Below, in pieces: positions 1-8,030 of a DNA stretch of 33,241 nt. The position numbers were made by a program, and so were the translations under genes. The notes beneath the pieces are model-generated. The model was not told the DNA's origin and searched no databases. It saw only the letters and a program-made list of their open reading frames with translations. Every line of letters starts with the position of its first letter. Position 1 is the first letter of the stretch. Source of the DNA: Streptococcaceae bacterium (lineage in GTDB: Bacteria; Bacillota; Bacilli; Lactobacillales; Streptococcaceae); NCBI GenBank assembly GCA_031279745.1, contig JAITHN010000026.1:1-33241 (forward strand), read 5' to 3'.

Positions 1-1080
1 GCCATCTTAAGAGAAATAGCAAGAAACGGACAAGTTTTCTACTTATATAACAGTGTAGAATCGATTGAAAGAAAAGTTTCTGAGTTAGAAGAATTGATTC
101 CAGAAGCAAATATCGGATATGCGCATGGACAGATGAGCGAAGTCCAGTTGGAAAACGTTCTCTATGATTTTATTGACGGTCAATATGATGTATTGGTGAC
201 TACGACGATCATAGAAACAGGTGTGGACATACCAAACGCCAACACCATTTTTGTAGAAAATTCGGATTATATGGGGCTTTCAACACTCTATCAACTTCGC
301 GGAAGGGTTGGGAGAAGTAATCGTGTCGCCTATGCCTATTTCATGTACCAAGCTGAAAAAGTGCTGAGCGAGGTGAGCGAGAAGCGTTTACAAGCACTGA
401 AAGACTTTACAGAACTTGGAAGTGGGTTCAAGATTGCCATGCGAGACCTTTCCATTCGCGGGGCTGGGAACTTGCTAGGAAGTCAGCAACATGGGTTCAT
501 AGATTCGGTTGGGTTTGAGATGTATAGTCAACTTCTTGAAGAAGCCGTTGCAAGAAAGCAGGGCAAACAAAAAGCAGAAGCGAAAACAGAAGTAGAAATC
601 TCCCTTAGCATTGATGCCTACTTACCTAAGACCTATATTGCAGACGAGCGACAAAAGATTGAAATTTACAAACGCATCCGACAATTTGAAAAAGACGATG
701 AATATATGGAACTTCAAAGTGAGTTGATTGATCGGTTTGGGGACTTTCCAAGCGAAGTCGGCAACCTCCTTCTTATTGGAAAGATAAAATATGATGGGGA
801 AAAGGCGCTTGTTGAAAAAATTCAGAAGAATAGCATTCGAGGAGTCGACGAATTAAAAGTAACCCTAAGTCCCAAAGCAAATGAAGTATATAAGGCAGAG
901 CAGTATTTTGAAGCGCTAAGTTTGACGAAATTACGTGCTAAGATTGAGGATACGGATGGAAAAATGGCTATCACCCTCCTACTGAATCGTGAAATCAAAG
1001 TAGAAGAGTGGCTAAAAGAGTTATCGAACCTTATTGAAGGGCTCCGCCGAGTGAAGGCAGGTGAGAAACTCAATGGCTAG
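1..1080 (+). CDS. mfd: Transcription-repair coupling factor Mfd, C-terminal part (5'-partial)
   Basis: Frame is open from base 1 (AILREIARNGQVFYLYNSVESIE...). SF2 helicase motifs TTIIETGVDIPNAN and QLRGRVGRS, TRG motif AMRDLSIRGAGNLLG, and TRCF C-terminal domain. Confidence 0.97.
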   Translation, partial: AILREIARNGQVFYLYNSVESIERKVSELEELIPEANIGYAHGQMSEVQLENVLYDFIDGQYDVLVTTTIIETGVDIPNANTIFVENSDYMGLSTLYQLRGRVGRSNRVAYAYFMYQAEKVLSEVSEKRLQALKDFTELGSGFKIAMRDLSIRGAGNLLGSQQHGFIDSVGFEMYSQLLEEAVARKQGKQKAEAKTEVEISLSIDAYLPKTYIADERQKIEIYKRIRQFEKDDEYMELQSELIDRFGDFPSEVGNLLLIGKIKYDGEKALVEKIQKNSIRGVDELKVTLSPKANEVYKAEQYFEALSLTKLRAKIEDTDGKMAITLLLNREIKVEEWLKELSNLIEGLRRVKAGEKLNG

Positions 1081-2641
1081 ACAGTTTAATGCTGAAAATG
1101 TTCTAAAAGGTGTGAGCGTTTTGACCGTTGCAAGCTTTATCGCAAAAATATTGTCAGCGCTCTATCGTGTTCCTTATCAAAACTATGTAGGCGATATTGG
1201 CTTTTATGTCTATCAACAAGTCTATCCAATCTACGGGGTAGCTATGATGATTGCGCTAGGTGGCCTTCCTCAGTTTATTAGTAAAGTGACGGTGGAAAGT
1301 CAGACGGACTTAGAGCTAGAAAGTGATCTATACGATTGTTTTCGAGCAGTGAGTATTGTGTCGTTCGCCCTGTTTCTCATCGTGTTTTTTGGAAGCGATG
1401 TTTTGGCAAATATGATGGGCCAGGCAAAACTTTCACCGGTGATAAAAATGAGTGCGCTGAGTTTTTTAATCACCCCCTTTTTATCTATCATCCGCGGTGC
1501 ATTTCAAGGAAAGCTAAAAATGATTCCGACTGCAACTTCACAATTGCTCGAACAAATTCTTCGTGTAATCATGATTTGGTTTGCGGCATGGGGGTTTCAA
1601 AAGCTGAATTACTCTGTGTATGAAACGGGTGAGCTTGCCATGAGCGGTAGCGTTGTTGGAGGTGTGGCAGGCGTCTTTCTCCTTTTAGGTTATTTAAGGA
1701 AGGAAAAGGATATACCCATTCACTTTCATTTCAAACGGAGAAATAGAAGTGGAAAAGGACGACGTCTTTTGAAACGGATGGTCATAGAAGGAGGGGTGAT
1801 GAGTATTTACTCTGGATATCTCATTCTTCTACAATTGGTTGACAGTTTTACCATAAATAAAGCATTGGTGGACCATGGACTGACAGGAGTTCAAGCGGAG
1901 ATTACAAAGGGGATTTTCGACCGCGGTCAACCTTTTGTTCAACTAGGATTAATTGTCTCCCTAGCCCTTACCTCAAGTTTTCTTCCATCTTTAACTGAGA
2001 AATACCTTTCAAAAGATGAAACGGAATTTAAAAAGCATGCAAAACGCTTGCTAAAATTAACCATCGTGATGGGTGCAGGTGCAACCGCAGGACTCATCGC
2101 CTTGCTTCCCGTTTTTAATATTGCACTCTTTAAGGAAAATAGAGAGATGATGGCGCTGAGTGTGTTTGTCACGTCGGCATTCTTCATGGTCATCATCCAA
2201 GCAATTCAGAGTATTTTCCAGAGTCAGGGCGACTATTGGACGCCGCTAAGAGCAGCGTTCATCGGGATTGTTTTAAAAGTGCTCTCTACTTCCATATTCA
2301 CAGAAACATTCGGGATAACAGGGACTAGCTTTGCCACGATTCTTGCATTATGCGGTTGTCTCTTGTCAATCGTTTGGAAGGCGCCAAAGCATCTCATCGA
2401 CTGGAGGACCCTCATTCGTGTAGGACTGGGCATTTTTGCGATGAGTCTTTTGCTCGTTGGCTTTCGTATATGGATGGGAGATGTTCAAGAACGGGTTATG
2501 GCGTTTCTCCTTTCTTTACTATGTGTCTTGATAGGAGGAACTGTTTACATGTTTATATTACTGAAATTACAAGTGTTTTCCGAGGAAGAATTAGAAGAAA
2601 TCCCTTGGATCGGGAAATGGAAGAAGAGGAGTAAAAGATGA
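1073..2641 (+). CDS. MOP-superfamily polysaccharide biosynthesis/flippase protein (YabM/SpoVB-like)
   Basis: Multi-TM protein with N-terminal LTVASFIAKILSALYRVPYQNYVGDIGFYVYQQVYPIY, in the usual position after mfd. ATG 1073 overlaps the mfd end and is preferred over GTG 1061. Confidence 0.88.
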   Translation: MARQFNAENVLKGVSVLTVASFIAKILSALYRVPYQNYVGDIGFYVYQQVYPIYGVAMMIALGGLPQFISKVTVESQTDLELESDLYDCFRAVSIVSFALFLIVFFGSDVLANMMGQAKLSPVIKMSALSFLITPFLSIIRGAFQGKLKMIPTATSQLLEQILRVIMIWFAAWGFQKLNYSVYETGELAMSGSVVGGVAGVFLLLGYLRKEKDIPIHFHFKRRNRSGKGRRLLKRMVIEGGVMSIYSGYLILLQLVDSFTINKALVDHGLTGVQAEITKGIFDRGQPFVQLGLIVSLALTSSFLPSLTEKYLSKDETEFKKHAKRLLKLTIVMGAGATAGLIALLPVFNIALFKENREMMALSVFVTSAFFMVIIQAIQSIFQSQGDYWTPLRAAFIGIVLKVLSTSIFTETFGITGTSFATILALCGCLLSIVWKAPKHLIDWRTLIRVGLGIFAMSLLLVGFRIWMGDVQERVMAFLLSLLCVLIGGTVYMFILLKLQVFSEEELEEIPWIGKWKKRSKR

Positions 2642-3501
2642 AGTTAGGATTTATTGGAATTGGTGTCATGGGAGAAGCTATGGTGAAAAACCTCATAAAT
2701 GCGGGGAATTCTCTCCATGTCTACAACCGAACAAAAAGCAAAACGGATGGTGTGGTGGCAGCAGGTGCGCTCTATCATCCCACTCCAATGGAAGTGATGG
2801 ACAACTCCGAAATTATTTTTACCATGGTCGGATTTCCAAAAGATGTTGAAGAAGTTTATTTTGGAGACAAAGGAATCTTCCAATCAGAAAAAATCAAAGG
2901 GAAAATACTAGTTGATATGACCACGACGAAACCAGTTTTGGCATTGAAGATTTTCGAAGAGGCAACGCGCTTGGGGGCAACAAGTTTAGATGCGCCAGTG
3001 TCTGGTGGAGACTTGGGAGCAAAAAATGGGACGTTAACCATAATGGTTGGAGGGAGCGATGCTGCCTATCAACAAGTTCACCCCTATTTCGAAATTATGG
3101 GCACAACCATCAACCTCATGGGTGGACCTTCCATGGGTTCTCATACCAAAATGGCAAATCAAATCGGGATAGCTGGGACTATGACCGCGATGACGGAAAC
3201 GCTCGTCTATGCGAAGGCAGCTGGACTCGATTTACAGCAAGTCATCGACACCCTCTCTGGAGGTGGGGCTTCTACATGGTCGTTAACCAATTATTCTCCA
3301 AGGATTTTGAAAGAGGATTTTACTCCAGGGTTCTTTGTAAAACACTTTATTAAAGATCTTGGGATTGCCCTTGAAGAAGCGGAGAAAATGGAAATTCAGC
3401 TTCCTTCGACTGAATTGGCGAAATCTTTATATGAGAAACTTGCTAAAAAGGGCTATAACGATGAGGGAACACAGAGCTTGATTAAGCTTTGGTGGGATTA
3501 A
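2638..3501 (+). CDS. NAD(P)-dependent beta-hydroxyacid dehydrogenase (3-hydroxyisobutyrate dehydrogenase family, YkwC-like)
   Basis: GFIGIGVMG Rossmann motif, DAPVSGG, TKMANQ and KDL motifs. ATGA overlap with the upstream gene. Confidence 0.92.
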   Translation: MKLGFIGIGVMGEAMVKNLINAGNSLHVYNRTKSKTDGVVAAGALYHPTPMEVMDNSEIIFTMVGFPKDVEEVYFGDKGIFQSEKIKGKILVDMTTTKPVLALKIFEEATRLGATSLDAPVSGGDLGAKNGTLTIMVGGSDAAYQQVHPYFEIMGTTINLMGGPSMGSHTKMANQIGIAGTMTAMTETLVYAKAAGLDLQQVIDTLSGGGASTWSLTNYSPRILKEDFTPGFFVKHFIKDLGIALEEAEKMEIQLPSTELAKSLYEKLAKKGYNDEGTQSLIKLWWD

Positions 3502-3514
3502 TTTGCAAAAAAGA

Positions 3515-3543
3515 ATGCAAGCCCCTTGATTATTTGTTACAAT
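3515..3543 (+). promoter_or_regulatory. Putative sigma-70 promoter of ykuJ
   Basis: ATGCAA-17 bp-TACAAT with extended -10 TG; AAAGGAGG RBS downstream. Confidence 0.5.
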
Positions 3544-3575
3544 AACGGAGAGATAAGTTTAAAGGAGGACTACCG

Positions 3576-3803
3576 ATGAAATCGAATTTGGTAGCAATTA
3601 TCAGTCGACTACTAGCTATGACTGAGGAAACAGAAGACAGCGTGCAAACACGACGTTTTGAAAATAATGGTGAATTAAGAGCGGAAGTCACTTATGACAG
3701 CGAAGAAAAAGTCTTTATTTTAAAAGAAACAGCAACAGGATATACAACGACTTTCGATGATATCGATGATTTGGCGATGGATATCTACGATTTAGTCTTT
3801 TAA
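3576..3803 (+). CDS. YkuJ family protein (DUF1797)
   Basis: MKSNLVAIISRLLAM...RRFENNG...FDDIDDLAMDIYDL pattern, 75 aa, strong RBS. Confidence 0.88.
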   Translation: MKSNLVAIISRLLAMTEETEDSVQTRRFENNGELRAEVTYDSEEKVFILKETATGYTTTFDDIDDLAMDIYDLVF

Positions 3804-3807
3804 CCCT

Positions 3808-3840
3808 AAAAGCGCAAATCAGAAATGATTGCGTTTTTTT
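3808..3840 (+). terminator. Intrinsic terminator after ykuJ
   Basis: CGCAAATCA-GAAA-TGATTGCG hairpin followed by T7. Confidence 0.75.
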
Positions 3841-3890
3841 ACTTAAACTCTTAAAAAAAGAGTAAATCAGGTAGGTTTGCAATGTTTTTA

Positions 3891-3919
3891 TTGACTAGAC
3901 GACTTGCAGTTGATATAAT
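3891..3919 (+). promoter_or_regulatory. Sigma-70 promoter of rplU-prp-rpmA
   Basis: TTGACT-17 bp-TATAAT with extended -10 TG at 3911-3912. Confidence 0.88.
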
Positions 3920-3924
3920 TTAAA

Positions 3925-4001
3925 AGTTGTAAATGCGTATCTTGCGTTTCAACCGCTCAAAATAGGTTTCAAGTGGAAACCACCTATGATGGCGAGTCTA
4001 A
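3925..4001 (+). ncRNA. Ribosomal protein L21 leader (cis-regulatory RNA)
   Basis: 5' UTR of rplU with the elements CAACCGC...ATAGGT...CACCTAT-GATGGCGAGTC typical of the Firmicutes L21 leader. Confidence 0.8.
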
Positions 4002-4022
4002 AATTTATAAGGAGGTACAGAC

Positions 4023-4337
4023 ATGAGTGCATATGCTATTATCAAAACTGGCGGAAAACAAGTTAAAGTTGAAGTTGGTCAAGAAATCTACGTTGAAAAA
4101 TTAGACGCAGAAACTGGAGCAACTGTAACATTTGATGAAGTCGTTCTTGTTGGTGGTGAAAAAACTGTTGTAGGAACACCTGTTGTTCAAGGTGCAACTG
4201 TTGTTGGTAAAGTTGACAAACAAGGGAAACAAAAGAAAGTTGTCACTTTCAAATACAAACCTAAAAAACATTCTCACCGTAAACAAGGTCATCGTCAGCC
4301 GTATACAAAAGTAATTATCGAAGCAATCAACGCATAA
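4023..4337 (+). CDS. rplU: 50S ribosomal protein L21
   Basis: [13 protein letters not shown]...[15 protein letters not shown]; AGGAGG RBS. Confidence 0.99.
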   Translation: MSAYAIIKTGGKQVKVEVGQEIYVEKLDAETGATVTFDEVVLVGGEKTVVGTPVVQGATVVGKVDKQGKQKKVVTFKYKPKKHSHRKQGHRQPYTKVIIEAINA

Positions 4338-4338
4338 G

Positions 4339-4662
4339 ATGATTAAAGCGAAAATTCACAGAAAATCGAATGAAATCGTTTCGTATGAACTATCTGGACA
4401 TGCAATGAGTGGCGAATACGGTCACGATATTGTCTGCTCTGCTGTAAGTGTTTTATCCATTACAACTGCAAATGGATTGGAAAGACTGACAGGAGTGGAA
4501 CCGATAACGGAGATGTCAAGCGGATATTTATATGTTGAACTTCAAGAAAATCTTTCAAGTGAACAAAGAGAAATTGCACGCATTTTATTAGAAAATTTCC
4601 AAGATGCAATGTTGGATGTTGAAAATGAATACGGGCAATATGTAAAAGTAATCAAAGAGTAA
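4339..4662 (+). CDS. prp: Ribosomal-processing cysteine protease Prp (YsxB/DUF464)
   Basis: SGHA...GHDIVCSAVS catalytic His/Cys; located between rplU and rpmA. Confidence 0.95.
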   Translation: MIKAKIHRKSNEIVSYELSGHAMSGEYGHDIVCSAVSVLSITTANGLERLTGVEPITEMSSGYLYVELQENLSSEQREIARILLENFQDAMLDVENEYGQYVKVIKE

Positions 4663-4677
4663 TGGAGGTGAGACCTT

Positions 4678-4962
4678 ATGTTGAAATTAGACTTACAATT
4701 ATTCGCCCATAAAAAAGGTGGCGGATCTACAAGTAACGGACGTGATTCTCAATCTAAACGTTTAGGTGCAAAAGCAGCTGACGGTCAAACAGTTACAGGT
4801 GGTTCAATTCTTTACCGTCAACGCGGAACAAGAATTTACCCAGGTGTAAATGTTGGTAAAGGTGGAGATGATACATTGTTTGCTAAAGTTGAAGGTGTTG
4901 TTCGTTTCGAACGCCTTGGACGTGATAGAAAACAAGTTTCTGTTTATCCAAAAGCAAAATAA
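4678..4962 (+). CDS. rpmA: 50S ribosomal protein L27 with Prp-cleaved N-terminal extension
   Basis: MLKLDLQLF|[15 protein letters not shown]. Confidence 0.99.
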   Translation: MLKLDLQLFAHKKGGGSTSNGRDSQSKRLGAKAADGQTVTGGSILYRQRGTRIYPGVNVGKGGDDTLFAKVEGVVRFERLGRDRKQVSVYPKAK

Positions 4963-4974
4963 ATTTAAAATGTG

Positions 4975-5023
4975 AACATTTCTGAAACCTTTTAAGTAAA
5001 GGGTTTCGGAAGTGTTTTTTTTT
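4975..5023 (+). terminator. Intrinsic terminator after rpmA
   Basis: AACATTTCTGAAACC...GGTTTCGGAAGTGTT stem followed by a T run. Confidence 0.85.
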
Positions 5024-5044
5024 ACATGAGAGTATACAAGGGGA

Positions 5045-5113
5045 CAATACCACCTTGTTTTCTAGTTTACTCGCAATAACACCTTTTTCACCTAACGTAC
5101 TCCCAACAACACC
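5045..5113. repeat. Three degenerate direct repeats with 29-30 bp period
   Basis: CAATACCACCTT (5045), TACTCGCAATAACACCTT (5068), TACTCCCAACAACACC (5098). Confidence 0.6.
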
Positions 5114-5161
5114 GGTTTGGGTTAAAATGAAGAAAACGTTTGGTGGAAGGGTTGGAATGAT

Positions 5162-6055
5162 ATGGTTGAAGCGAAAGAAAAGTTTTTAATTGGGAATATA
5201 CAAGATGAGGCGAAAGGTACTGGTGTGACAGTAATTTTAGCACCTTTTGGCGCAATAGGAGGTGTCAGTGTACGTGGTGGTGCACCTGGAACAAGAGAAA
5301 CCGACTTACTCAATCCAGTGAATACGGTAGAAAAAGTACACGCTGTAAGCCTTAGTGGTGGCAGTGCCTTTGGACTTGAAGCTAGTTGTGGGGTGATGCA
5401 GTATTTGCACGAAAACGAGATTGGATTTCTTGCAGGGACAGTTCACGTACCTATTATTCCAAGTGCTGTAATTTTCGATTTAGCTTATAAAGGTTTTGGT
5501 TTTCCAGATAAAAAAATGGGCTATGAAGCGTGCTTGTCTTCCACGGACAGTTTTGTGTTTGACACACAAGTCGGTGCTGGTTGTGGGGCAACGGTGGGGA
5601 AAATATTAGGGCCATTGTATGCTTCCAAAGGGGGAGTGGGTGTTTCAGAGATTCATTTAGCAGATGGTGTTTTCGTGCGTGCGGTTATTGTAGTCAATGC
5701 TTTTGGAGAAGTATATGACAAAAACATTGATGCACGTTATGGTGTAAATCATCCTACACTAGATGCAAGGGCGGTTTTACTTTCAGGGAAAATGCCCAAT
5801 CCAGAAAGTTTAAAAGGACAAAATACGACGATTGGTTGTATTTTGACCAATGCAAAATTGACGAAAAGTCAAGCCAATAAGTTAGCCGATATTGGGCATG
5901 ACGGATTCGCACAGGCGATTACTCCAGTGCATACGGAATTTGACGGAGATACATTATTTGCGCTTGCAAGTGGGGAAAAAGAAGTGCCTTTTTTAAGCCT
6001 TAGCACAGCGTGTGTAGAAGCTGTACGTCAAGCTATTGTAAATGCAGTGCAATAA
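5162..6055 (+). CDS. P1/S58 (DmpA-like) self-processing peptidase/amidohydrolase
   Basis: TGVTVI, VRGGAPGTRETDLL, LSGGSAFGL, GAGCGATVGK, NTTIG and DGDTLF motifs. Confidence 0.92.
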   Translation: MVEAKEKFLIGNIQDEAKGTGVTVILAPFGAIGGVSVRGGAPGTRETDLLNPVNTVEKVHAVSLSGGSAFGLEASCGVMQYLHENEIGFLAGTVHVPIIPSAVIFDLAYKGFGFPDKKMGYEACLSSTDSFVFDTQVGAGCGATVGKILGPLYASKGGVGVSEIHLADGVFVRAVIVVNAFGEVYDKNIDARYGVNHPTLDARAVLLSGKMPNPESLKGQNTTIGCILTNAKLTKSQANKLADIGHDGFAQAITPVHTEFDGDTLFALASGEKEVPFLSLSTACVEAVRQAIVNAVQ

Positions 6056-6131
6056 AGCACGGCAACATGCTTTTCATCAGGGCATAGGTTACTTTATTTG
6101 GTGGTGTAGCGAGATGAACGGATAATTTGAT

Positions 6132-6166
6132 AAAGCACCCAAAAGAAAATCTTTTGGGTGCGCTTT
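6132..6166 (+). terminator. Hairpin/terminator after the peptidase gene
   Basis: GCACCCAAAAGA-AAA-TCTTTTGGGTGC perfect 12-bp stem. Confidence 0.7.
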
Positions 6167-6342
6167 GTCGAGCTTAGCTTTATTTACGAGTTTCTACACA
6201 GCGAGCATGACAGATAATTCTAAACATTATCTATAAAGTTAATAAAAAAAGAATAAATGAATACGTTTTCTGTTAATTTTTTCTCATTTTACCCTTCTAA
6301 TAAAATAATTTTTGTCATATACTAAAATAAACATATAATTAT

Positions 6343-6371
6343 TTGACAAATAACATTGATTATTTTAACAT
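6343..6371 (+). promoter_or_regulatory. Putative sigma-70 promoter of the WxL cluster
   Basis: TTGACA-17 bp-TAACAT in AT-rich DNA. A second candidate, TTCTAA-17-TATACT, lies at 6295-6323. Confidence 0.55.
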
Positions 6372-6429
6372 TAAGTTAGGAATTGAGGTGAAGCAAAGGA
6401 GGATTAGCTAAGCATATTGGGGGTCGCAT

Positions 6430-6657
6430 ATGGAAATTTTAACAGTTACAACCCAACACATCTTTCATATTGTAAAGATGGAGCACGGAACCATACCGGA
6501 TACAATGGGGGATGACCTGCAAAAATTGCCGAGCACAATCTCGCAATTAGGGCATTTTGGAGAGTCTCCTTCCTTTTGGATCACGTTTATGGGCGTCCTT
6601 CTCATCTTGTTAGCCTTAGAGGGGTTTATCAAAAAAGGAAGAGGTGGAGATGGATGA
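6430..6657 (+). CDS. Small membrane-anchored protein with degenerate sortase-like C-terminus (CscD/Lpx position of a WxL cluster)
   Basis: LPSTI/LGHFGE, then a hydrophobic helix, then KKGR. GGGGG RBS. Stop overlaps the next start (ATGA). Confidence 0.6.
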   Translation: MEILTVTTQHIFHIVKMEHGTIPDTMGDDLQKLPSTISQLGHFGESPSFWITFMGVLLILLALEGFIKKGRGGDG

Positions 6658-7256
6658 AATGGAGGATTTACATAATGAGTGCTTTGTTTCTCTTGTTTTC
6701 ACAAGTTCCAAGTGTTGCTCTTGCGGAAACAACTGAAACGAAGCTGACGCTATTGGGCGGATTATCGTTACAAAGTACAAAACGTGTGGAGTACGGAAGC
6801 TTCTTGGAAAATCAGGAAGTGGAAGAGATAAGAAACACCGAGCCTTTGTCACTCGTGATCGATGACCATCGAGCGCAGAAGGAACATGGGTTTACGATTT
6901 TGGTAAATATTGAGCTCACAAATAATCTAAATCAAGAAGATATGAAAATAGAGAGTTCAGGAACAGACTTTATTTTAGATCCTGAAGAAGCAAAGTTCTC
7001 GGCTGATGGAAAGCAATTACCAGAGAGTTGCATCCACAAATGTAAACCTTTACATTTGTTGAGGGATAAAGATGAAGCAGTGGAGGCGGATTTTCAACCA
7101 TTAATCCAAATCAATAAAAGCAATGCCTCAAGATATTTATTGACTTGGGGAGTCGGTACAATCGGAATAAAGATGGAAGAAGGTCTTCCTGTAGGGGATT
7201 ATTCGATTGTGACCAATTGGCAAATCACCGATGCATATAACGGTGAGATAGACTAA
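6654..7256 (+). CDS. Secreted WxL-domain-like protein (about 200 aa)
   Basis: ATG 6654 gives signal peptide MKWRIYIMSALFLLFSQVPSVALA. IDDHR...GFTILV internally and GDYSIVTNWQITDA at the C-terminus match the WxL pattern. Confidence 0.72.
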   Translation: MKWRIYIMSALFLLFSQVPSVALAETTETKLTLLGGLSLQSTKRVEYGSFLENQEVEEIRNTEPLSLVIDDHRAQKEHGFTILVNIELTNNLNQEDMKIESSGTDFILDPEEAKFSADGKQLPESCIHKCKPLHLLRDKDEAVEADFQPLIQINKSNASRYLLTWGVGTIGIKMEEGLPVGDYSIVTNWQITDAYNGEID

Positions 7257-7309
7257 GGGTTCAAAATTTTTTCAATAATAAATGGAGTATACATTAGGAG
7301 GAGAAGTGA

Positions 7310-7960
7310 ATGAAAAAAGGAATTAAAGGGTTAACGATTGGATTGTGTGCAACAGCAGCGATACTCTGTGCATCAGGTGCAAGCGCGGCTCAAAAAGAAG
7401 GGGATGCGATTATTAAGACATCGACGGACTCGATTTTGAAGCTCAATCCTGGAACGCTGACATTTGCAAGTAGCGATGCTTTAGACTTTGGGAGTGCAAC
7501 ACTTGGTCTAAGTTCTCAAACGAAGTCGGCAACAGAATTGGTTGCGAATAAACCAGCGCAATTGGCAGATGCAAAAACCTTAGCGGTTCTTGACCTTCGT
7601 GGAGGAGACAAAGGATGGTATATCACTGCAAAAGCTGGAGATTTATACTTGAATGGAAACTCTGCGAGCATAGACCCGACAGAAAAACTGCCAACGAGTC
7701 TCTTAAAAGTACAAGTCGGTGATGAATCAACAGCGATTTCTGGAGTGACAAGTGCAAAAGTAACTGGAACGAGTGCAGTAGACATTTACGGGCAGGAACC
7801 AACCGTTGCAACAGGGGCAGTAGATGCTCTAGGGCTACATGTATCAGGAAATATTAACGGAGAGATCACATTCGGAGCAACTGATCAAACGAAAGCCGGA
7901 GATTACAAAGGCGTGATAGATTATACACTGGTCGATAGTGTAACGCCGGTAACGCCTTAA
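7310..7960 (+). CDS. Small secreted WxL-domain protein (CscB-like)
   Basis: Signal peptide ending ASA; VLDLRGGDKGWYITA and GDYKGVIDYTLVDS; AGGAGG RBS. Confidence 0.85.
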   Translation: MKKGIKGLTIGLCATAAILCASGASAAQKEGDAIIKTSTDSILKLNPGTLTFASSDALDFGSATLGLSSQTKSATELVANKPAQLADAKTLAVLDLRGGDKGWYITAKAGDLYLNGNSASIDPTEKLPTSLLKVQVGDESTAISGVTSAKVTGTSAVDIYGQEPTVATGAVDALGLHVSGNINGEITFGATDQTKAGDYKGVIDYTLVDSVTPVTP

Positions 7961-7968
7961 TAAGTATG

Positions 7969-8000
7969 GGGAAAGCGAATAGTAAACGATTCGCTTTTCG
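7969..8000 (+). terminator. Intra-cluster hairpin (partial terminator or stabiliser)
   Basis: GAAAGCGAAT-8 nt loop-ATTCGCTTTT. Confidence 0.6.
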
Positions 8001-8030
8001 CGTAAATATTAAGACAAAATGGGGGAGAAT

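Noticed and set aside
6388-6429. In-frame upstream GTG (MKQRRIS*) as a lost signal peptide of the small anchor gene
   Set aside because: The residues past the stop are not hydrophobic, so there is no support for a former signal peptide.
6576-6653. Longer N-termini in the ORF track (also starts at 1061, 12677, 15708, 16839, 19882, 31090)
   Set aside because: Downstream starts have better RBS spacing and match family N-termini or signal peptides.
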